A stretch of DNA of 64,000 bases from Spirochaetia bacterium (lineage in GTDB: Bacteria > Spirochaetota > Spirochaetia > DAHUYW01). The position numbers and the translations under genes are program-made. Of the stretch, positions 41,561-50,065 are shown piece by piece. The notes under the pieces were generated by a model. That model was given only the letters and a program-made list of their open reading frames with translations, was not told the origin of the DNA and ran no database searches. The DNA is taken from contig JASHNV010000119.1 of NCBI GenBank assembly GCA_030041455.1, positions 19,787 to 83,786 on the forward strand, in the 5' to 3' direction. The first letter of the stretch is position 1. Every line of letters begins with the position of its first letter.

Positions 41561-42562
41561 TCACGCGAAGTTCTTCGCGCGGATGCGATCGATCGACACC
41601 GCGAGAATGATCACCGCGCCGATCACGAGCTGCTGAAGGTACTCGCCGACGCCGAGGAGCACGAGCCCGTTGTTGAGAACGCCGATGAGCGCCGCGCCCA
41701 AAACCGCGCTGAACGCCGAGCCCTGGCCTCCTTTCAAGCTCACGCCTCCGATGACCGCGGCGGCGATGACGTTCAGCTCGTAGCCGAGCCCGGCGGTCGA
41801 CTCCCCGACCCCGAGCCTCGCGACGAGGAGGAGGCCTCCGATCGCCCCCATGAGCCCCGCGATGACGTAGACGAGCACCTTGACCCGGTCGACCGGCAGC
41901 CCCGACAGTCGCGCGGCCTCCTCGTTGCCTCCGATGGAGTAGGCGTACCATCCGAGCCGCATCCTGCGGAGCACGAAAGTGAGCAGGATCCAGAAGACGA
42001 CCATGATCCAAACGGGCATCGGTATCCCGATGAAAAAGCCCTGTCCGAGCCACAACAGCGAAGGGCCGAACCCCTGCATCGGGAACCCCCCCGTCACGAT
42101 GTAGACGAAGCTTCGAAAGATACTCAACGTGCCGAGGGTCACGATGAAGGGCGCCAGCCCCCCCTTCGCTATCAAGAGACCGTTGAGGAGGCCCGAGACC
42201 GTGCCGACAAGCAGGGCGCCGACGACCGACGGGATGGTCCCGTAGCCGTGCGAGCTGAGGAACGCGGCGACCACCCCCGCGAGCCCCATGACGGAGCCGA
42301 CGGACAGGTCGATGCCTCCGACGATGATGACGAAACAGGCTCCCATGGCGGCGATCGCGATGAAGGAGAACGACCGGGCGGTGAAGATCAGGTTGTCGCG
42401 CGTGAGAAACTGGTTGTTCGCGAAGGTCAGGAGCACCATGAGCAAAACGACCGCGGCGAGCGTCCCCGCCTCGGAACTGCGATAGAACCGCTCGAAGGCG
42501 AGAAGCGCCGTTCTCCGGCGCGGAGCCCCGGGGACGGTCGCGTCGCGTCGCTCGTCGCTCAC
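41561..42562 (-). CDS. Sugar ABC transporter permease (RbsC-like)
   Basis: GGIDLSVG, IGGNEEAARLSG and ELNVIAAAVIGG motifs. Confidence 0.95.
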   Translation of the reverse strand: MSDERRDATVPGAPRRRTALLAFERFYRSSEAGTLAAVVLLMVLLTFANNQFLTRDNLIFTARSFSFIAIAAMGACFVIIVGGIDLSVGSVMGLAGVVAAFLSSHGYGTIPSVVGALLVGTVSGLLNGLLIAKGGLAPFIVTLGTLSIFRSFVYIVTGGFPMQGFGPSLLWLGQGFFIGIPMPVWIMVVFWILLTFVLRRMRLGWYAYSIGGNEEAARLSGLPVDRVKVLVYVIAGLMGAIGGLLLVARLGVGESTAGLGYELNVIAAAVIGGVSLKGGQGSAFSAVLGAALIGVLNNGLVLLGVGEYLQQLVIGAVIILAVSIDRIRAKNFA

Positions 42563-44100
42563 CGCGCGCCTCCTTCGAGCGCCGCCTTGCCCATGCTCGC
42601 AAGCCTCATGACCGTCTCGGGCGTCGCCTCTCGCCGGTCGAGCACGCCGACCAACCGCCCTTCCGACATGACGCCGACGCGGTCGCTCATGCCGAGAAGC
42701 TCGGGCAGCTCGGAGCTGATCATGACGATGGCGATCCCGGTGGAGGCGAGGCGGTCGATGAGCGCGTAGATCTCAGCCTTCGCTCCCACGTCGATTCCTC
42801 GCGTCGGCTCGTCGAGAATGAGGATTCGCGGGGACAGCATCAGCCATTTCGCGAGCACGACCTTCTGCTGGTTGCCTCCGCTCAGGAAGCGCACGTGCTG
42901 GGAGGCGGAGCGCAGCTGGACGTTGAGGTCGCGCACGTACGCGCCAACGCTCCGCTCGATCGCCTTCCGCCTGATCACTCCGCCGCGTGAGAAGCTCCTG
43001 AGCGAGGCAAGCACCATGTTCTGCCGGACCGCAAGATCGAGGATGAGGGCCTGGAGCTTCCGATCCTCGGGGACGAAGCCGACGCCGAGGGCGACCGCGT
43101 CTTCTGGCGACGCGATCCGAGCCTTCCTGCCGTTCAGGACGATGTCGCCGCGCTCCGCTCGGTCGGCGCCGAAAAGGAGCCGCGCGACCTCCGTCCTGCC
43201 CGAGCCCATGAGGCCGCCGAGGCCGAATACCTCGCCGCGGCGGACCGCGAAGCTCACCTCCCTCACCTTTCCCCCCGACAGCCCGTTCACCTGGAGCAGG
43301 TCCTTGTGCGGCGCGGAGGAGCGCTCGGGAAACAGCTGGCCGACGGGGCGGCCCACCATCCATTGAATGACCTCCTGGGGGCGAGTCTCTTTGGCGGGCC
43401 GGTCGGCGACGAGCTTGCCGTCGCGGAGGATCACGATTCGGTCGGCGATCTCGAAGGCTTCCTCGATCCGGTGCGTCGTGAGAATCACGCCCAACCCTCC
43501 GCTCCGCAGCCTCCTCATCAACTGAAAGAGAGACTCGACCTGGGCCGCCGAGAGGGAGGAGGTCGGCTCGTCCATGAGGATGATCTTCGACTCCGTCGAG
43601 ATCGCCCGCGCGATCTCGACGAGCTGTTGCTGGGCGGTGGACAACTCGGCGCATCGAGCCGACGGGGCAAGCGACGCGAGGCCGACCTCGCGAAGGAGGC
43701 CTTGCGCGTCGGCATTCATGCGCGCGATGTCGATCCAGCCCGACCACGCCGGCAGCCAGGTCGCGGGCGGCTCGCGCCCGAGAAAGATATTCTGGGCTAC
43801 GGTCCGGTTGGCGACGATATTGAGCTCCTGATGGATGATGTTGATGCCGAGCGCTTGCGCCTGTTTGGGGCCTCGGAGCTCGATCTCCCGGCCGAAAAAC
43901 TCGATCCTGCCGTCGTCCGGTCGATGAATCCCGGACAGGATCTTCATGAGCGTCGATTTCCCCGCGCCGTTCTCGCCGAGCAGCGCGAGAATCTCGCCCG
44001 GGCGGACCGAAAGGTCGACGCGGTCGAGAACGGTGACGCCCGAGTATTTCTTCGTGAGGTGATGCACGCTGAGTGCGGATAAAGCGTCAAGGTGCGCCAT
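42559..44100 (-). CDS. Sugar ABC transporter ATPase (RbsA-like, two domains)
   Basis: GENGAGKST, LSGGNQQKV and DEPTRGIDVGAK motifs. Confidence 0.96.
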   Translation of the reverse strand: MAHLDALSALSVHHLTKKYSGVTVLDRVDLSVRPGEILALLGENGAGKSTLMKILSGIHRPDDGRIEFFGREIELRGPKQAQALGINIIHQELNIVANRTVAQNIFLGREPPATWLPAWSGWIDIARMNADAQGLLREVGLASLAPSARCAELSTAQQQLVEIARAISTESKIILMDEPTSSLSAAQVESLFQLMRRLRSGGLGVILTTHRIEEAFEIADRIVILRDGKLVADRPAKETRPQEVIQWMVGRPVGQLFPERSSAPHKDLLQVNGLSGGKVREVSFAVRRGEVFGLGGLMGSGRTEVARLLFGADRAERGDIVLNGRKARIASPEDAVALGVGFVPEDRKLQALILDLAVRQNMVLASLRSFSRGGVIRRKAIERSVGAYVRDLNVQLRSASQHVRFLSGGNQQKVVLAKWLMLSPRILILDEPTRGIDVGAKAEIYALIDRLASTGIAIVMISSELPELLGMSDRVGVMSEGRLVGVLDRREATPETVMRLASMGKAALEGGAR

Positions 44101-44169
44101 ACGAAACGTTCTGCCCTCTTCGAACTCGGGAGGTGCGATGACCGGAAGGTGCCGGATCTCTGGGTCGGT

Positions 44170-44415
44170 AGCACCCGTTACATTTCAGAACAGTACACCC
44201 GGTCTACGACTCCTGTCAACCAAAAATTGTAACGACTTTCATAAGTTCCGCAGGTCTTAGTCGGACCATTCGAAGGATTCATCCAATTCGATTTTTTAGA
44301 ACCGCGTAACGAGCGCAAGATGTGCGTTTTCCGCTTGCAAAGGTTCTCTCTCTCATTGTATACTTCCCGAGGCGGATGTAACACATGCTGTAACGATCGT
44401 GGAAGCCGTAACATC
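44170..44415. promoter_or_regulatory. Divergent control region with promoters and repeated GTAAC half-sites
   Basis: Plus strand: TTGCAA(44335)-18nt-TATACT(44359). Minus strand: TTGACA(44219-44214). GTAAC/GTTAC occurs at 44177, 44229, 44306, 44378, 44390 and 44408. Confidence 0.6.
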
Positions 44416-44463
44416 TCGTACATCGCGAGCGGATCGGGGACGCGCTCGGAAGGAGTTTGAACT

Positions 44464-45492
44464 GTGCCGGTGACGATCAGGGACATCGCAAGGTTTTCGC
44501 GGGTCTCCACGGCGACCGTTTCGCGGGTGATCAACAACTCGCCCAACGTGACCGAGCAAACCCGCAAGGCCGTTCAAAGGGCGCTGCGGGAGCTCGACTA
44601 TCGGCCGCCGGTCATCGCGAGGGCGCTGACTCGGCAGAGCTTGAAGACGATCGGCCTCATGATCCCGGAGATCGCAAACCTCTACTACCCGGTCGTCATA
44701 AAGGCCATCGAAGACGAGCTGTCGAAGCTGAACTTCAACATCCTGCTCTGCATCAGCGAGGAGAGCGTCGCGAAGGAGCGACGATACATCGATAACCTGC
44801 TCACGAAGGGCGTGGACGGGATGATCTTCCTCGGCACCCGTCCGGCCCTGACCCGCGACGAGCACATCGTACGACTCAGCGACAAGATCCCCGTGCTCCT
44901 CGTGAACGATTACATCCTCGGGTCGAACGTCCATTCCGTCATGGCGGACGAGGTGGAGGGCTCCTACAAGGCTACCTGTTACCTGATCGGCCTCGGCCAC
45001 CGCCGAATCGGCTTCGTGACCGGAAATGTCGACTTTACGACCTACAAATATAAACGGACGGGTTTCGAGCGCGCGATGGCCGACAACCGAATCGAGGTCG
45101 AGGAGCGCTTCGTCGTCGAAGAGGACCCGCACGAGCGGGGCGGCTACCGGGCCGGCATTCGGCTCCTCGACCTGCCGGAGCGGCCGACGGCGCTGTTTAC
45201 GGTGAGCGATCAGGTCGCGATCGGTATCATGCAGGCCTACTACGAGCGCGGGCTGTCCATTCCTACGGACCTCTCGCTCGTGGGCTTCGGCGACATGCCG
45301 ATCGCCGCGGCTCTCCATCCGCCCCTGACGACGGTCAATCAATTTCCCGAACGGACGGGGCAGATCGCCGCCCAGACCATTATCAAGATGATCAGGAACG
45401 AAGAGCTCGAGCAAAAACGGATCATTCTCGATCCCCAGCTTACGATTCGGCGGTCGTGCGCGCCGATCGGCGAGACCGGGAAAGGCGAGTAA
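44464..45492 (+). CDS. LacI family transcriptional regulator
   Basis: TIRDIA...VSTATVSRVIN HTH followed by a sugar-binding domain. Confidence 0.96.
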   Translation: MPVTIRDIARFSRVSTATVSRVINNSPNVTEQTRKAVQRALRELDYRPPVIARALTRQSLKTIGLMIPEIANLYYPVVIKAIEDELSKLNFNILLCISEESVAKERRYIDNLLTKGVDGMIFLGTRPALTRDEHIVRLSDKIPVLLVNDYILGSNVHSVMADEVEGSYKATCYLIGLGHRRIGFVTGNVDFTTYKYKRTGFERAMADNRIEVEERFVVEEDPHERGGYRAGIRLLDLPERPTALFTVSDQVAIGIMQAYYERGLSIPTDLSLVGFGDMPIAAALHPPLTTVNQFPERTGQIAAQTIIKMIRNEELEQKRIILDPQLTIRRSCAPIGETGKGE

Positions 45493-45599
45493 GCGGGCAG
45501 GCGCGGGGCTCTTCGGAGCGGCGCGGGACGAGCGCGCGAGGCGATTTCGATTCGAAAAAACCCCGTTCGGAAGGTGTCGAACAGGTTGGAGGTACACAG

Positions 45600-46394
45600 A
45601 TGAACTTGGAGCTCGACGGGAAGGTCGCCCTCGTTACCGGAGGCAGCATCGGAATCGGCTACGCCGTCGCGGAAGCGCTCGCGGCGGAAGGCGCCATGGT
45701 GGCGATCTGCGCGCGCGACGAGCGGAGGCTCGAGGAGGCCGTCGGCAAGATTCAGGGCGCGGCGAAACGAAAGGTCATCGGCATCCGCGCCGACGTGACG
45801 CGAGCCGACGATCTTCGGGAGCTCGTCGCGCGCACGGAGCAGGCCTTTCACGGAATCGATATCCTCGTCAACAACGCCGGCACGGGGTCGGCGGAAAAGA
45901 TCGAGGACGCTTCCGACGAGAAGTGGTATCGGTACTGGGACCTGCACGTCATGGCGGCGGTGAGGCTCGCGCGCCTGTGCGCCCCTGTGATGAGAGCCCG
46001 AGGGGGCGGGGTCATCGTGAACACCGCCTCCATTTGCGCGAAGCAGCCGCTCGACTACGAGCCCATCTACAACGTGACGAAGGCGGCGCTCGTCATGCTT
46101 TCCAAATGCATGGCGAACGAGCTCATCGCCCACAACATCCGGGTCAATACGGTCAGCCCCGGGCTGATCCGCACGCCGGACTGGGACAAGACCGCCGCCA
46201 TCGTGGCGAAGCAGAAGGGCATATCGAGCGACGCCTACCTCGAGGGCATCGCCAAGGAGAACGCGCCGATCGGACGCTTCGCGACCCCGGCCGAGCTCGC
46301 GAAGCTCTACTGCTTCCTCTGCTCGCCCCTCGCAAGCTACTGCGTCGGCTCCAACTACTACGTCGACGGCGGTTGGCTGAAGGTCGCCGAGTAG
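45600..46394 (+). CDS. SDR oxidoreductase, L-sorbose reductase-like
   Basis: ATG at 45600 after GGAGG. TGGSIGIG, NNAGTGS, WDLHVMAAVRLAR and YNVTK motifs. Confidence 0.9.
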   Translation: MNLELDGKVALVTGGSIGIGYAVAEALAAEGAMVAICARDERRLEEAVGKIQGAAKRKVIGIRADVTRADDLRELVARTEQAFHGIDILVNNAGTGSAEKIEDASDEKWYRYWDLHVMAAVRLARLCAPVMRARGGGVIVNTASICAKQPLDYEPIYNVTKAALVMLSKCMANELIAHNIRVNTVSPGLIRTPDWDKTAAIVAKQKGISSDAYLEGIAKENAPIGRFATPAELAKLYCFLCSPLASYCVGSNYYVDGGWLKVAE

Positions 46395-46438
46395 CCGGTC
46401 CGCGGCAGCCCGCCCCGGAGGCTCAGGAGGAACGGAAC

Positions 46439-47245
46439 ATGTACGTCAGGAAGAATCTGCTCAAGGAGAAGGTCAAGAACGGCCGTCTCGTTATCGGCCT
46501 TGAGATCTGGCTCCGGAATCCGCGGGTGATCGAGATCGCCGGACAGGCGGGTTTCGACTTCGCCCATATCGAGAACGAGCACGTCGCCCATGATTGGGAG
46601 ACGGTGGAGAGCCTCGTCCGCGCGGCGGAGCTCGCCGGCCTGACGCCGCTCTTCAGAACCGAGCAATGCATCGCCGGCCAGCCGCCGGTCAACCAGATCG
46701 TCAAGGCGCTCAAATGCGGCGCGCAGATCATCATGGTGCCCCACGTCGATACTCCCGAGGCGGCGCGCAAGATCGTCGAAGCCGCGAAGTTTCCCCCGAA
46801 CGGCAAGCGCGGCTTCGTCACCTACGATCGCAGCGCGACGGAGTTCTTCCCGAACGAAACCGCTCCCCTCGACCTCCAGCGGTTCATCCGGGAAGCGAAC
46901 GAGGAGACGATGCTGTGGGTCCTGATCGAGTCGCCTGAGGGCGTCAAGAACGTCGACGCCATCCTCGACGTCGACGGAATCGACGCCGTCGGGTTCGGCT
47001 ACCAAGACTACGCGATCGCGATAGGGCTCTCGACCTTCTCGGGCGCCGAGCTCGAGCGGGCGCGGGAGAGGGTCAGGGAGGCGGCGGAGCGAAAGGGAAA
47101 ACCGATGTGGCGGTATACCCTCGATCCGAAATCGGTCGAGGAGGAGAGGAGAAAGGGAGCCCGGATTTTCGTGATGGGCGGCGACATCATTCACCTGAAC
47201 TCCCTGCTTCGCTCGATGAACAGGGAGATCAGGGGGCTCGGGTGA
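46439..47245 (+). CDS. HpcH/HpaI family class II aldolase
   Basis: ATG at 46439 after AGGAGG. GFDFAHIENEH, IMVPHV, KFPPNGKRG and IESPEGVKN motifs. Confidence 0.88.
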   Translation: MYVRKNLLKEKVKNGRLVIGLEIWLRNPRVIEIAGQAGFDFAHIENEHVAHDWETVESLVRAAELAGLTPLFRTEQCIAGQPPVNQIVKALKCGAQIIMVPHVDTPEAARKIVEAAKFPPNGKRGFVTYDRSATEFFPNETAPLDLQRFIREANEETMLWVLIESPEGVKNVDAILDVDGIDAVGFGYQDYAIAIGLSTFSGAELERARERVREAAERKGKPMWRYTLDPKSVEEERRKGARIFVMGGDIIHLNSLLRSMNREIRGLG

Positions 47246-47334
47246 GCCCGCCGGGGTCGGTCGAGGGCAGCCGATCCGCCGCGGGGCCGACGGCGTTCTC
47301 GCGCGGTACCGAGTCCGAGAGGAGGACCGTAAGG

Positions 47335-48213
47335 ATGATTTTCGCGCGAGGTCTTCGGGAGCCCGAGACTCCCCGGCTGCTCCCCGACGGAGACTGGCTC
47401 GTCGTCGAGATGACCCGACCCGGGAGCATTACACGGGTCAGTCGGGACGGGAGGACCGTGCGCCGCCTCGCGACCGTGGATCGGCCGAACGGCCTTGCCG
47501 TCGGCTCACACGGCGTTCTCTGGGTCGCGGCGACCCATCCCGAGCCCGCCCTCCTCAGGGTGACCTCCGACGGCCGCGTGGACACGTTTCTCACCGCCGC
47601 CTGCGGCCGGCCGCTTCTCCTCCCGAACGATCTCTGCTTTGCTCCGAGCGGCAAGCTCTTTCTCACCGACTCCGGCATCTCCTATCGCGAATGGGAATCG
47701 ATCTGGGCGCAGCGCCCCGACTACGCGGACGCGCCGGTGGACGGGTGCGTCTTCGAGATCGACGTGGACACCGGCGAGGCGTCGCTCGTCGACCGCGGAA
47801 TGAGGTTCGCGAACGGAATCGCCGTCGGTTCGGACGGCAATCTCTACGCGAACGAGACGATCACCGGCTTCCTGTTCGGCTACGCCCTCGAGCCGGGCGG
47901 GGCGGTCGGCCCGCGAAGAATTGCCGGCAACTTCCTCGATCCCGATTGGCGGGGAGCGGGATTTCGAGGCCCCGACGGCATGGCCTTCGGCGAGGACGGC
48001 AGCTGTTACTGCGCGATCCTCGGCGAGGGAGGCGTCGCCGTGACGAACGCCGCGGGAGACCGCGTGGGATGGATCAAGACGGAGGGGAGATTCCCCACGA
48101 ACGTCAGCTTCGGTCCGAACGGCGAGAACGTCATCTACGTGACCGAGAAGGAGCGCGGGACCATCGAATGCTTTTCCGTCGAGACCGGCGGCGCCGCGGT
48201 GTATAGGGGCTAA
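47335..48213 (+). CDS. SMP-30/gluconolactonase family protein
   Basis: PE.P, PNGL, PNDL, ANGI, GPDGM and PTNV motifs. The start is ATG 47335 after AGGAGG, or GTG 47242. Confidence 0.88.
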   Translation: MIFARGLREPETPRLLPDGDWLVVEMTRPGSITRVSRDGRTVRRLATVDRPNGLAVGSHGVLWVAATHPEPALLRVTSDGRVDTFLTAACGRPLLLPNDLCFAPSGKLFLTDSGISYREWESIWAQRPDYADAPVDGCVFEIDVDTGEASLVDRGMRFANGIAVGSDGNLYANETITGFLFGYALEPGGAVGPRRIAGNFLDPDWRGAGFRGPDGMAFGEDGSCYCAILGEGGVAVTNAAGDRVGWIKTEGRFPTNVSFGPNGENVIYVTEKERGTIECFSVETGGAAVYRG

Positions 48214-48400
48214 AGCGCCGCCCGGTCCGCTTGCCCGCATCCTGAGTCTCGATCCGATTTCGCGAGGCGGTCTCGCCCCGCTGCCGGGCGAGCGGCGCGG
48301 CACGGGCGATCCGGCCGGGGTCCCACCTCCCACCTTGCGCGTCGTTTCGGAAAATTGGTACGCTTTTCCCTCGCACACGGCGGGACGATCAGGAGACGGC

Positions 48401-50065
48401 ATGCAGGAAATCACGGTAAGGCTCCCGAGCGGAAAGACGCTCGCGGTTCCCTACGGGACGCGAGTGAGCGAGCTCCTCGGGGAGAAAGAGTTCGCCGATA
48501 CTCCCTTTCCGATCGTCGCCGCCCTCGTGAACAACGAGCCGACGAGCCTCTCGTTCAAGATCGAGGTGAACTCGGAGCTCAAGCCGGTGACCGTCGAGAC
48601 CGATCAGGGCGCGAGGATCTACCGGCGCTCGCTCTGCTTCCTCCTCACGATCGCCGTCAGGCAGCTCTTCCCCGACCGGCGTCTCGTGATCGGCCACTCT
48701 CTCGGCGACAGCTATTTCTACCACTTCGACGACGGCAGCCGGTCGGTCGACCGGGCCGACCTCGATCGGATCGCCTCGCGCATGCGGGAGATCGTTCGGC
48801 AGGATCTGCCGATCTGTCGAGGCGTGGTCTCCTACCCGGAGGCCGTCGACTATTTCCGCCGCGAGGGGCTTCAGGCGACCGAGCTCCTCCTGCGCTACCG
48901 AAACGACAGCAAGATCGCGGTCTACGAGTGCGGCGGGCTCACCGACCTCTCGCACGGCCCCCTCGCGCCTTCCACCGGGCTCCTCTCGGTGTTCTCAGTC
49001 GAGCCCTACCCTCCCGGATTTCTCCTCCGCTACCCGGCGCAGCGCGAGCCCCTCGCGCTTTCGGCCTTCGAGGACAATCCGGTTCTCTTCGCGGTCTACC
49101 AGGAGTACAAGACGTGGGGGAAGATCCTGAACGTCCACTGCGTCGGCAACCTGAACGAGCTGGGCTCCCGGAAGGGAGCCCAGGAGTTCATCCGTATCGC
49201 CGAGGCGCTCCACGACAAGAAGATCGCCGAGATCGCCGACCAGATCCAGGAACGGCGAGCCGAGGTGAAAGCGGTCCTCATCGCCGGCCCCTCCTCGTCG
49301 GGCAAGACGACCTTCGCGAAGAAGCTCGCGATCCAGCTGCGGGTGAACGGCTTCGATCCGGTTCCCATATCCCTCGACGACTACTTTCTCAGCCGCGAGC
49401 GCACGCCCCGCGACGCGAGCGGCGAGTACGACTTCGAGGCGCTTGAGGCGATCGACATCGAGCTGCTCAATCGGCACCTGCTCGAGCTATTTCGCGGCGA
49501 GACCGTGGAGGTTCCCGATTTCGACTTCAAACGAGGCGACCGGCGGTCCCGCGGGAGGACGCTGAGGTTGCCCGACCGCGGAATCCTCGTGATCGAGGGC
49601 ATTCACGGCCTGAACGACCGGCTCACGCCGCTCGTGACCCGAAGCCAGAAGCACACCGTGTACGTGTCGGCGCTGACCCAGCTCAACCTCGACGACCACC
49701 ACCGGGTCTCCACGACCGACAATCGCCTCATTCGGAGAATCGTGCGGGACTACAACTTCCGCGGCTACGACGCGCTCACCACGCTCGCCCGGTGGCCCTC
49801 GGTGCGAAGGGGCGAGGACCGCAACATTTTTCCGTTCCAAAACAACGCGGATTCCGCGTTCAACTCGGCGCTCGACTACGAGCTCGCGGTCCTGAAGACC
49901 TACGCCGAGCCGCTCCTTCGCACCGTGAAGCCGGTTCACGCCGAGTATCCCGAAGCGGTTCACCTCCTCGCCTTTCTCGCCAACTTCGCGCCGATCCCCG
50001 CCACCTATGTGCCCGACGACTCGATCCTCCGGGAGTTCATCGGCAACTCCGCCTTCAAGTACTGA
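48401..50065 (+). CDS. ThrRS N-terminal-like domain fused to a uridine-kinase-like P-loop domain
   Basis: ATG at 48401 after AGGAG. YRRSLCF...GHSLG segment; IAGPSSSGKTT, SLDDYF, EGIHGLN and DNRLIRRIVRD motifs. Confidence 0.9.
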   Translation: MQEITVRLPSGKTLAVPYGTRVSELLGEKEFADTPFPIVAALVNNEPTSLSFKIEVNSELKPVTVETDQGARIYRRSLCFLLTIAVRQLFPDRRLVIGHSLGDSYFYHFDDGSRSVDRADLDRIASRMREIVRQDLPICRGVVSYPEAVDYFRREGLQATELLLRYRNDSKIAVYECGGLTDLSHGPLAPSTGLLSVFSVEPYPPGFLLRYPAQREPLALSAFEDNPVLFAVYQEYKTWGKILNVHCVGNLNELGSRKGAQEFIRIAEALHDKKIAEIADQIQERRAEVKAVLIAGPSSSGKTTFAKKLAIQLRVNGFDPVPISLDDYFLSRERTPRDASGEYDFEALEAIDIELLNRHLLELFRGETVEVPDFDFKRGDRRSRGRTLRLPDRGILVIEGIHGLNDRLTPLVTRSQKHTVYVSALTQLNLDDHHRVSTTDNRLIRRIVRDYNFRGYDALTTLARWPSVRRGEDRNIFPFQNNADSAFNSALDYELAVLKTYAEPLLRTVKPVHAEYPEAVHLLAFLANFAPIPATYVPDDSILREFIGNSAFKY

